Source: an uncultured Eubacteriales bacterium (GTDB lineage: Bacteria; Bacillota; Clostridia; Christensenellales; UBA1242). From it: DNA of 64,000 bases. Location: contig CARUPR010000002.1 in assembly GCA_949077035.1 (NCBI GenBank), positions 91,447 through 155,446 on the forward strand, read 5' to 3'. Below are positions 16,810 through 28,600 of this stretch, one piece after another. The notes under the pieces were generated by a model that did no database searches, was not told the origin of the DNA, and saw only the letters and a list, made by a program, of their open reading frames with translations. How positions within the stretch are numbered: the first letter of the stretch is position 1; the number at the start of each line of letters is the position of its first letter. The translations under genes were made by a program, and so were the position numbers.

Positions 16810-19491
16810 ATGGTTAGAATTATTCCAAGAAGAACAAAAGTTAAACTTGAATTTGTTAGAGGATTTACAGGTATTGACTTATTGATAGCTGTTGTTGCTG
16901 TTGCCATTTTAGTTGTGCTTGCTGCTTCAAACTTTCCTGGACATATTTGGATTGCAATGGTTTGGGCTATTTTTGCGCTTTCATTGTTTTTTAAAATTGC
17001 TGATAGTGATAGATTTTATGTGACAATGGTGCATCTTGCCAGATATTCTCTTCAAAAGAAAAAATATGAAAAGGCCCCTAAAAATGGAAAAGCCAATATG
17101 AAAGATATCATTCCTTTTGAGTCAATTCATGAAGATAGATTTATTTCTTATGGAAGTTATTATGCAGGTGTTTTAGAGGTCAGCCCAATCCTATTTGGGC
17201 TTTTGAATGAATATAGCCAAAACAATGTAATTGATGTTGGTTTTGGAAATGCTCTGAGAAGAATTGAAGAGTCGCAGGTTTGTGAACTTATCAAAATCAA
17301 TAAAGCAATGGTGCTTGACAACTATGCATATCTTGAAAATAAAAAATACGACAGGCTTTTGGACCAACTTTATGAAAAACAGATGTCACAAAAAGAAATT
17401 GATGCCAGAGCCCCAATCTTTGAAGAAAGGGTAAATTTTATTGAAAACAAAAACAGAGATGAAAAAATTTATAAGGACTTTTTCTATCTTGTTGTTATGG
17501 GCAAAGATTTAGAGGCAATTGACAATACTTTAAGTGGTATGGCAAGCAATTTTATTTCCTGCCTCACTCCAGTTGTGACAAAAAGATTGACAGGTGCAGA
17601 CCTTGCAATCTTCTTAAAGGCAAATTACAATAGAGAGTTTAATGAAAGAGAACTTGAAAATATCCCATATTCTGATTATGTAAAATGGGCGACACCAGAC
17701 ACAATCAAATTTTCATCAGCAAAATACAAAGTTGATGGTGTGGGATACAGGACTTTTGCTTTAAATGAATATCCTTTGCAGGTAGGCAATGCTTGGGGTG
17801 CATCATTCTTCCTTCTTGATAAAACCAAAGTGGTAATGAAATTTCAAAAGGCTCCAAAATTTCAATCTGAGAAAAAGATTGATAAGGCCATCATGGATAT
17901 GGAAACAAAACTTTATAGAACTGGAAAAAGCAGTACCAGAATTGAAATTGAAACACATCTTGATACTTTAAGAAATCTTCTTCAAGAACTTAAAACTTCA
18001 AACCAACAATTATTTGACGTAAACACATTTGTCACTTGTGAAGATTCTGCAAGAAAGGAAATTAAATCAATGCTTAAGCAGGAAGGTTTCCGCTATACAG
18101 AATTGTTTGCAAGACAAATTGACGCCTTTATCAGCACTGGTATTTCAATGAGAGATAATATTAAAGAGCTTCAAAGAGGTATTCCAACTTATACTCTTGC
18201 AGGTGCATTCCCATTTATTTCATCAGAACTTCAAGATGAGGGTGGTGTTTATATTGGTGACAATATTTATCCGGTATTTGTAGACTTCTTTGCAAGAAAT
18301 GCTCAACGTGTCAATTCAAACATGATGATTATTGGAAAGTCTGGTTCTGGTAAATCGTTTGCGACAAAGACACTTCTTGCAAACTTTGCAGCCGATAATA
18401 CAAAGATTTTCATTGTTGACCCTGAAAAGGAATATGCAGAACTATCAGAAAGTCTTCATGGAAAGATGATTGATGTAGGTTCTTCATTGCAGGGTATCAT
18501 CAATCCTTTCAATATCATTCGTGCTCTTGATAAAGATGATGATGAAGAAATGCCAATTGAGCTTAATCAGGCCGAGGCAATAAAAGTCAAGAAAGATGAT
18601 TCATTTAATCAGCACCTTCAATTCCTTGAACAATTTTTCAGAACAATCTTGCAAGGTATTTCATCAGATGCTTTTGAAATGATTAATACATTGATTCTTG
18701 AAATGTATGAAAACTTTAATATCAATGAATATACCGACCTTAAGAAATTGAAACCAACAGATTATCCAACCTTTGATGACCTTTATAAACTTCTTACAAA
18801 AAAACTTGAGGAAGCAAAAGAAGAGTTTGTGCTAAACAATTTGAGAGTTGCTCAGGCATATATTAGAAAATTTGCCAAAGGCGGAAGAAATGCCAACCTT
18901 TGGAATGGTCCAACTTCTATTGAAACCAATGAAAACTTTGTATGTTTCAACTTCCAATCATTGATTGCTGGAAATAATGAAATGCTTACAAATGCGCAGA
19001 TGCTTTTGGTATTTAAGTATATTGAAAGTGAAGTTATAAACAATAAAGATTATAATGAAATTCATGCAACCAATCGTAAAATTATCGTAGTTGTCGATGA
19101 AGCCCACTTATTTATCAACCCTCGATATCCAATCGCTTTAAACTTTATGACAAGCATGGCAAAACGTATCCGTAAGTATGGCGGTATGCAGATTGTTATT
19201 ACACAGAATATTAATGACTTTGTTGGTTCTGAAGAAATTAAACGTCAGTCAACAGCGGTTATTAATGCCTGTCAATATTCATTGATTTTTTCGCTTTCAC
19301 CAAATGACGTAAACGACCTTATCGAGCTTTATAAAAACTCTGGTGGTATAAACAAAGCGGAAAGAAATAGTATTGTAAGTGCAGGGGTTGGTCAGGCATT
19401 TGTTATCACTTCTCCAACAGCAAGAACAATGGTGCAAATTAGACCTCTTCCTTATGTTTATTCAATTATTGAAAAGAGAAAAAAGAAATAA
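16810..19491 (+). CDS. Membrane-anchored VirB4/TraE-type (AAA_10/DUF87-like) secretion ATPase
   Basis: Two N-terminal TM helices; Walker A IGKSGSGKS (about 18332-18358); Walker B VVVDEAH (about 19084-19107); then ITQN and a VirB4-like C-terminal region. GAGGTGG SD before ATG 16810. Confidence 0.75.
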   Translation: MVRIIPRRTKVKLEFVRGFTGIDLLIAVVAVAILVVLAASNFPGHIWIAMVWAIFALSLFFKIADSDRFYVTMVHLARYSLQKKKYEKAPKNGKANMKDIIPFESIHEDRFISYGSYYAGVLEVSPILFGLLNEYSQNNVIDVGFGNALRRIEESQVCELIKINKAMVLDNYAYLENKKYDRLLDQLYEKQMSQKEIDARAPIFEERVNFIENKNRDEKIYKDFFYLVVMGKDLEAIDNTLSGMASNFISCLTPVVTKRLTGADLAIFLKANYNREFNERELENIPYSDYVKWATPDTIKFSSAKYKVDGVGYRTFALNEYPLQVGNAWGASFFLLDKTKVVMKFQKAPKFQSEKKIDKAIMDMETKLYRTGKSSTRIEIETHLDTLRNLLQELKTSNQQLFDVNTFVTCEDSARKEIKSMLKQEGFRYTELFARQIDAFISTGISMRDNIKELQRGIPTYTLAGAFPFISSELQDEGGVYIGDNIYPVFVDFFARNAQRVNSNMMIIGKSGSGKSFATKTLLANFAADNTKIFIVDPEKEYAELSESLHGKMIDVGSSLQGIINPFNIIRALDKDDDEEMPIELNQAEAIKVKKDDSFNQHLQFLEQFFRTILQGISSDAFEMINTLILEMYENFNINEYTDLKKLKPTDYPTFDDLYKLLTKKLEEAKEEFVLNNLRVAQAYIRKFAKGGRNANLWNGPTSIETNENFVCFNFQSLIAGNNEMLTNAQMLLVFKYIESEVINNKDYNEIHATNRKIIVVVDEAHLFINPRYPIALNFMTSMAKRIRKYGGMQIVITQNINDFVGSEEIKRQSTAVINACQYSLIFSLSPNDVNDLIELYKNSGGINKAERNSIVSAGVGQAFVITSPTARTMVQIRPLPYVYSIIEKRKKK

Positions 19492-19516
19492 AATAAGGTT
19501 GAAAAAATTAATTAAA

Positions 19517-19577
19517 AATTGTTTACATTCAGTCAAAATTATAAGTTTTTATTAAATTTTGACTGAAATTGTAAATT
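19517..19577 (+). other. Long AT-rich inverted repeat between the ATPase and giant-protein genes
   Basis: TTCAGTCAAAATT (19528-19540) is perfectly complementary to AATTTTGACTGAA (19555-19567). The outer TTTACA/TGTAAA pairing has a 2-nt bulge. 14-nt loop and no T-run. Confidence 0.45.
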
Positions 19578-19586
19578 ATCTGAAAT

Positions 19587-19601
19587 TTGATAATTTATCA
19601 A
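19587..19601. promoter_or_regulatory. Perfect 7-1-7 palindrome, operator-like
   Basis: TTGATAA-T-TTATCAA lies 66 nt upstream of the giant ORF start. Confidence 0.3.
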
Positions 19602-19666
19602 GTTTTACAAAAAAAATAAGAAAAAACATTGATTTTTTGATAAAAAAACAAAAAAAGGATATGTAA

Positions 19667-22600
19667 ATGGTAAAATCAAGAAAACTTAGTATTTTAATAT
19701 TTAGTTTATTACTTGTTTTGGCAAGTCTTATTTTTGCGTCTTGTGGAAAATTGGATTATTCAAAAACATATCTCTCTTCTTCAAATGGTGATTATATAGA
19801 ACTTTTTGTTGAAGAAGAAAAAGAATTGTCCATAACAATAAATAATCCTGTTGATAAAATGAACAGGGGAATCACATTCTCTCAATCAAACCCTTTGGTT
19901 GCAAATGTGACGCAGATTGCAAATCAAAACAATACCACTACATATTCAATTGTTGGACTTTCAGGCGGAAAAACTATTGTTGATTTTGTTTCAATAGAGG
20001 GCAGAAAGTCACTATCAATCACAATAAATGTCAAAGAATTTTCAAATACTTTAGAGAAAGGCGAAAACAGTCTTTATCTTTCAAAAACTAAACAATTAAA
20101 ACCTACTTCCAATGATTTCAAATTTAAAGATAGTGCAACTGAAAGAAATCTTGAATTTTACTTTTATGGAAAAACCTCAAATAGCGGGTTGTTGACAGAA
20201 GAAGATATCTTATCAAGTGATGGCTATTTAAATAATTTTGTAAACATACAAATCTATTCAATTGAAAATAATGATTATCTCATCTTTACAGATAAAGATG
20301 GGTTTTTGCATACTTTGGGCGAAGAGATTTTGGTTCTTGGTTCAAACAATGTCAGATATGAATTTATAGATGTGAGTATGGATGAAGAAGGTTTCTCTTT
20401 TGATACCACAAGGGCATCTGCGATTAATTATGGAAATAAATTTGCATTTTTGGCAAAATATGAAAACGCTAAGCTTGAAGAGGGCGAAGGAAATGGAAGG
20501 ATATTTTGCGAAAGTGAATTTCATGTATTAAAGGATATTGTTGCAGAAGATTTTAAACATGAATATGGTTATAAAATTGATGATGTGCCTTTCAAAGCAG
20601 GTGATGAAACCTCATTATATAAATTGGACAATCTTAAAGATGGCAAAATTACATTAATACCTCAATATAAAACTACAATCTTAGACAATCCAATTCTTAT
20701 TGGAAAAAGTGCAAACTATTTGACAGCTTATCTGCAATTAGAATTGCCAACTAATGAACTTTTAGAATTTGATTTTAATACAAAAGATAAAGATTTTGTA
20801 AATACAAACCTTATAGAAATTTTAAAAAATGGCGATAAGACAATTTATTATTTTGAAATTAATTGCAGCATAGGAAATCCAAGAAAGACTAAAATAGATT
20901 TCAATTTTTGGTATGATGGTTTTAAAAATAGTGATGATTCAAAAGTGAATTTCACTTATAGTATTGATGTTGATATCCGCATCATTCCAATGACACTGCT
21001 TATAAACAACATAGATTTTGCTCAATTAAATAAGGTTTATAAATTTTATGATTATTATGCTTCAGAAAATTCAGGTTGGCAGGCTTTTAATTTCTCGGTT
21101 GTTCCTGAAGGTGCTGAGTATAATGTTTTAAAACTTGACCTTACAAATTCAAATCTTCAAATTAAATATAAAAATATAGTTTATAGTGATACAATTGTTG
21201 AAATTAATGATTTGAAAGAACCTGTCTATGTAAAAGGGGTTGATAATGCCCAATTGACAGAGGCGGTGCAAAATCTTCCTGTGCAAATGGAATTTAATAT
21301 CATTCAACAGGATAGACTTGAAACAAATATTCAATATGAAATTTTAAAGGGTGTGAGAGCTTTAAATTTTGAAACAGAAAATTTTAAAGAACTTATTTCT
21401 CTTGAGCGATACTCTGGTGAAAAACTTTTTGATGACATTTATGCTGATGCTGAATTCAATGGCATGACATTCACACTTGAATCGGGTAAGGATGTTGTAA
21501 AATTTGCTTATGATGAAGCAAACTTGTTTAATAAAGTTGGTGATAAGTATTATTTAAATATCAATTTAATGCCTCGTGACGTTGGTTCTGGCACATACTT
21601 GATTACTCTTGACAATGGCACAAGCACTCTTTTGACAATTGATGTCAGAGAAGGGCTTAATAGTTTAAGTTTGACAACAAAGAATGAAGACAATTCTATT
21701 AAATTCAAAGAAGATAGCGAGAATTATTCATTAATATATCTTTTAAATAGAAATGCTCAATCTTATTTTGATGCAAAACTTATTGCAAATGATGAAATCA
21801 ATTCAACTGCTATTGTTGATATTGACATTATAAATGATTCTTCTTCAATTTTTACTAGACTTCAAGAAGATGGAAGATATTTAATCTATTCATCATTAAG
21901 TGGTCAAAACAACATTGTTTTCAAGGTGAAAGGTTATAAAATTGAAAACTTTGTTAAAAGAGAAATATTCTTTGAATATATAGTCAATCTTGTGACTTAT
22001 GAGCTTGCCGAGAATTTGTTTGTCTATAAATTATCTGATGCTTATAATGATTCATATCCAATGCAGACCAATGCAAAATATGTAAATGTTTATGCGGGAA
22101 CAAATAATCTTGATATAAGACAGGCAAAATTTGAGGTGAGATTAAAAAATCAAAACGCTTTGCTTTTCCAAAGTCAAAATCATGATGAATCAAGACGTGG
22201 ATTTGTTGCAGAGAAATTTAAACAAGAATTTTTATATTTTGAAAGCGACACTCCAATTACTAAAGATGGTGTGCCTGTAGATAGAATTTTTTATTCACAA
22301 TATCAAAGCAATATTTATACAATAGGAAGGCTTGGCACTTTTGATGCTGAAAGGTTGATTTTTACATCATTAGGCAGCGGCGAGGTAAAACTTATTGCTC
22401 ATGTTATGCAATTTAACAAGCTTTATTCTGAAACAATAAATATAAACATTTTGCCTTATGAAGAGGTGCAAAAGGTTTCACTTCAAGATACTGTAGATGA
22501 ACTTGAATTTTCTGCATTTAAAAAAGAACGCAGCGTAATTGCCTTTCCTACAAATTCAACTGCAACAAACAGTGAGCTTGTCGCACTTGTTGAAGGCGGG

Positions 22601-25600
22601 CAGATTATCAGAAATGAACAAGTTTTTAAAGTGCTTGATAAAAATTCTATTAATTATATAGAAAGTGATGGCAAAACACATATTACTTTTAAAGTAAATG
22701 AAGATTTCTTAAAAGCAGTTGTCCTTGCAGATGATAAAACCTATGAAGAAGAGGTTATTGCCGGAAATATTCGTATTGTTGCAAAAGACTGGCTTGACTC
22801 TAATGGTGATTTAAGACCTGGATATATTGAATATGCTTCTATAAGATTTGAGTTTGCAAAAGGGACTGAAAAGAGCAGATATACCATTGAAAATGCTGAT
22901 GATTTAAATATGGTTAGAAACAATCTTTCATCTCATTTTAAGATAAACACAACCATTGATGCTTCAAATCTTTCATTGCCTTTGGGAGAACTTTCTGGCT
23001 CTATTATAGGCACAAGTTCTTATGCTGAAATCACTGGTTTAAATATATCTCAAGCTTGGAACAATGAGGCTGAGGGATTGGCTTATTATGGTTTATTTAC
23101 ATCTATAGCCAAAGGTGGATATTTAGAATATATCCAATTTAGCGGTAAGTTTTCTGTAAAAACTGACAGCAATTCTTTTATCGGTTTAGTAGCCGGCAAA
23201 AATAATGGTCGATTAACTAATATTGGTGCTTCTATTTCAACTTCAAATATTTCAATTGCAGAAAATTTCAATGCCTATTTTGGCGGACTTGTTGGTGAAA
23301 ACAATGGGCAAATCATACAAGACTTTACCAAGTTTGAAAGCGGAAAAGCTTATGCAGGATTTACACCAAACATTGTTATGATGAATGATTTTGTAAACAT
23401 TAAATATGCTTTAAGCAACAACTTTGAAAGAAGTTTTGGCGGAATAGCTGGTGTAAATACCGGTGAAATAAGAAAGATAGATAGTGAAAATGTTTCATTT
23501 AGTGGTTATTCAAACTATATGGCTTTTGCTCGCATAAAAGCTTCTTATGAAGGCACTATTGCAGTAGGTCATAACTATTTGGTAAATATTGGCGGTCTGG
23601 TTGGAAGAAATCAGCAGGGGCAGTATAGCCAATTAGATAAAAACACACAACAAGACGTCAAATATGACGCAAGAATTGTTGGTGGATACATCAACAGTGA
23701 AGATGATTTCATTCCTTACTTAAACAATGATAATTTTAAGGACGGAAAAGGTATAATTGTTGGTGGTGAAGTTTGGGGAGATGGTTTTGTAGGCGGAGTT
23801 GTTGGAAACAACGATGAAAGCTCTTTAAACAATTTCTGCGGAATTACCACAAGGACTTTTGTCCGCTGTTATAAGCAGTTTGGAGAAAATTCTCAGTTGA
23901 CACTTCTTGCCTTTATGAGTGCAAATAAAGGTGACTCAGGTTCTGCAATGAGTGATACCGAAAACACAGCATACGCTATTCAAGCTGTTGATGATGGCAA
24001 GGTTTTAGAGGAAAGTGCTATGGGCATTTTATATAGCAGTGAAAAACCTCAAAACAGCCAGCTTTCATTAAGCAATATTGGTTTTGGAACTAAAAACGGC
24101 AATGAAATTTCTGTTTTAAGTGACATAAATGATGAAAACAATGAAGCAAATGTATTATCTTATTTGCAAAGAAATCTGTTGACAAATTCAAATCCAGATT
24201 CTGATTTTATTGTTTCAAGTTCAAATAGGGCAAATTATTATGGTGATTTCTTGGTGGTAGGTGAAAACAACAATCATCAAAAAATCATTCTTTACAGCAA
24301 AACCTTTGCAGAAGGAAATTTGGATGACTTATCAATCACTCAGAAATTTAACAATGCTTTATTAAGTAAAAACAATAATACTCAGATTTTCTATACATAC
24401 TATTTTAATGTTGCTTCAGCTGCAGGTGAAGATATAGCAAACTTGCAATCACAACTTGATTTAGAATTAAATAAACACACCTCTCAAAGCAATTTCTATC
24501 CATTTATTGCAAAGGGTGAAATGAACTTTGTTTCAAAGTCACCTGACATTTTGACAATTGACCAAATGGGTAAAATTACTATTAAAAATACAGGCCGTGC
24601 TTTGATAACAGCTTCAAGTATATTAAATTCAAATGAAGCTTTGAATTTCTATATCTATGTTGTAAATTATTTTAATTCTCAATCTGAAATGAATGATGAA
24701 GAAAAAGTTTCTGTTGTATATCCAACAATTTCTTCTTTAGATGCTGTAAATCAAACAACAATAGAACTTCGCGGAAATAATTCTGCAACGCTTTATATCA
24801 TACCAAATTATCAAGCTGATATAAAAATTGACCAAAAGACAAGTTTTGTATCTGACCAAAGAGGTTTTGCAAGTTTCAGAAACGTCCGTTTCTATCTTGC
24901 TCAAAATTCTGACTTGACTGCAAGAGTGAGGGTATTTAAAGATAATGGTCTTACCCCAGCAAATGAAGTCACTAATGATGATTTCTATGATGAAGAAAAC
25001 AATCCACTTGATATAAGTGTTGTAGGTCAAATTATCACTATAAGAAGAAAAGATAGGACTGAAGAAAATCAATATCGACTTTATATAGAGCCTATTTTGA
25101 CTCAAACAATTGATGGTGAAATTTATACAATTTCGACAAATAAAACCATTGATGAAGCTTTTGTAGACTATAAATATGGTGCTTTAAGCTTAAGTAATAA
25201 AAATTATAATGAAGTTCCTATCAGGACAAGTAAGATGGTTGCTGATGAAATTACTTTGATTTCAACAGATGAAAACGAAACTGCAGAAGACTTATTATAT
25301 TATATTATAGGTCTTAAAAATCAGCACCTGCAGGGGAATGTAAATCCTGAAAAAATTGATTATCAGCTTAGTGGTGATGAAAGATTATTCTTTGTTGTAT
25401 TTAATAAAATTTCAAAGGAACCTCTTGGAAATGGAACATTTAAGCATAAGTTTAGTTTGGAAATTACTATAAATACAAATTGCCAACTTTACAAAAATAG
25501 ATATAATGAAGATATCTATGGCACATACCTGCTTCATATTCAGTCTTCAAGTAATTCGGCAGTTTCAAGAGATATTGAAATTAATTTTGAAAAGACTGGC

Positions 25601-28600
25601 GTGCAGTCAGTTGTAATTGACAACTATACATCTCTTAAAGATAACCAATCAGGGTTGTCAACATCATCTGATTTGGCTTATCCAGGAGAAGCTGGCTTGC
25701 TTATCTTGACAATAAGACCATCTGATAGCGATTTTGACTATTTGATTATTGAAAATGATGAATCAAATTTGACAAATAATCGTGCGATTGCTACTTTCAG
25801 TTTAGTTGCAAGAGTTGAAGGAATAGATGGAAATCTCTTTGATGAGAGCATTATTATCGGCTCAACTGTAGGCAATGGTTATAAAATTACCTTGCAAGAA
25901 ATTTTAGATGCCTATTCAAGGACAGGAAATAATTTAAAATATAAAAATTATGATGGTGTCATCTATATTAAATATAATTTAAGTTCAAGCGGTGTTGATG
26001 ATTTAAGCAAGACAATCATAAATGTTTCAACTTGGAAAGATGGTGCAGTTTCTTATAAGTCAAGTAAGGAATTGACTGTAAAATTGCAAAATTATGCTGC
26101 CGTTGAAATTGATGGAAAAGAGCCAATTTCGATAAATCAGAATGGTATATATCATACTTATGAAGTTGCTCGCGGATTAAAATACAAACTTAATATCAAT
26201 TCTTATGGCTTTAGACAGGATAGTATTTCTATTACATCAAACAATTCAATAGGAAAGATTACTTATGAAAATGGAAATTATTATTTGACCATTTCTGAGG
26301 GCACAATTGATTATACCGATGGCAACAATCAGATTATCCTTACAACAAGGGCAAGTCAAGGTGATGGCGATGGTGTCAGAACTGCTGAAAGTCAAACTAA
26401 GGTTATCGTTTTTGAATATGTCTTTAATTACAACAATGAGTCAGATAAAAACTCTGACATTGTAAAAGGCATGGGTGACGGAATAATCAATGTTCAAGTC
26501 GGCTCAAAAATTACTCTTGGACTTGATATCTATGATTATATTGAATACAATTCATCGATAAGTGGAGTAAGAAATAAAATTGAAGAATTTATTTCAACTC
26601 TTGAAAGAAAAGGTGAGTGGAAGACAATAACAAATCTTATTTCTGATGACCAACCTGATTATAAAATGGCTGACTCTTCAAACGAAGATAGAAAAAGATA
26701 TATTTTGGGTGTGGACTCAAATAATGAAGTTTTGAAACATAGCAATTATTATTTTAATTCTGATGGATTAAGCTTGATTCCAAAGAGGACTCATTATCCT
26801 GTTGAAAAATTCTATTTCTTTGAATATAAGGTAAGATATGATTCTTCAAATGGTGTTTATGTAGTCAAAGATGGCAATGATAGTGATAGTGCAAGAGATT
26901 TGCAAACAACTTTCATCTTCAGTGTTTATTCTTCAAGCAGTGAAGAAAGCCCAGTTCCTATCTATACCTATTCAGACCTTACAAATATGCAAGCTGGTGG
27001 TTATTATATATTGCTTAATGATATCACTCTTCCATCTGTTGCTGATGAAGAGGGTGGCGTAAAAGCATTTACACCTTTAAAAGGTGACTTTGCTTCATTT
27101 GACGGAAATGGTCACGCGATAAATTTTGCTGGAATTTATGATATGGGAAATGCAACTGAAATAGGACTTTTCCAATCATTAAACAATGGCTCTATAATCA
27201 AAAATCTTATTGTCAATTATACAACACTTAATGATGGGTCTGACCTTAACACAGACGCAAATGATTCTGTTTATGCTTGGTATGGTTTGAAGACTGTTAA
27301 GTTTATTACCACAGCAGACAACTTTGTTTTTGGCAGTATCGTTGCACAGAATATGGGAACGATTACAAACTGCAGAGTTTATTCAGATGTTTTATCAGAT
27401 GAAAAATACTATTTGGCAATTAAAGCAGATAATGCAATAAATAATAATAGTTATGTAGGCGGACTTGCCGGCTATAACAATGGATTTATCACCAATTGCG
27501 GTGTAAGCATAAATGCAAAAGTTCCATTCAATTTGGCAGGTGTTGTTGCACAAAACAATGGTAAGATTGCAGGATGTTATTTTGAAAATGGAAATTTGAT
27601 AAACAATTCTCAATATGACCAGCATATTGCAGGGCTTGCGATTTTAAATTCTGCCGATGCAAAGATAATTACAAGTTATGTATCTGGCAAACAGACAAAC
27701 ACAAATCTATTCAGCAAGGACAATCAAAGTCAAATTTCTTCAACTCTTGCTGGTGCAGGATTTATTTATAACAATGCAGGTCTTATCAAAGATTGTTATT
27801 CTGATATCGACCTTTCAAAGACTTCCTCTGATATGGCAGGTTTTGCTTATAGAAATGGTGGCTCGATAAGAAATTCATTCTCACTTTCAATTTTAAGAAG
27901 CAATACAACAGCTTCTGCAGGCTTTGTAAAAGAAAATTCTTTTGAAGGAAATGAAGGTCAGTTTGAAAATTGCTATTATCTATACAATTTAATGGCTCCT
28001 GCAAGCTCAAATAGCTCAAATAGTGCTGAAATAGAGGCAGAAAGAGAAAGATTGAGAAAGGAAGGGCATTATGTTGATGGAGAAAACAATATAAACATCA
28101 ATGTGTCTTTATACGATGTTTCCTTTGATGGTGTTAAGAGATTGACTCAAGGTCAATTTGCCGATGCGGAAACTTACTTTAAGCATTATTCTTATGATGA
28201 GAATATGAGCACAAGGTCAGTTTGGTTCTTCTCACGAGGATATACTTCTAATGAATTTATAGATTATATTCCAACAACAGAAAAGATTATTCTTCCTGGT
28301 GATGAAGGAAACAATCAAAGTAATACCGTTTATAGAGAAGAGCTTATGACATTTGGTCGAAATCGTTTGACATTGGTTGCTCCAAATGTTAGGGTGCTTT
28401 CTGTGCGAAACTTTGACCGCTCGGAAGTAGATGAAGAGACCGAAAATATCACATATTTCTATACCGATGATATGAACGCTCCAGAGAGAGGTTCAATCCA
28501 TAATCCAAGACTTATTTATAATGCTCAGACTATGGAAAATGAAATTTTAAATCAGACATCTTTAAATCATATTAATACAACAAATTATCGTATGATAAGC

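Noticed and set aside
16810-19491. Interpreting the VirB4-like ATPase as evidence for an integrated conjugative element
   Set aside because: The window has no relaxase, coupling protein, integrase or recombinase, VirB6-like channel, or flanking direct repeats or tRNA-adjacent att site. The neighbours are core genes. I keep it as an orphan ATPase, though an ICE remnant cannot be fully excluded without the whole genome.
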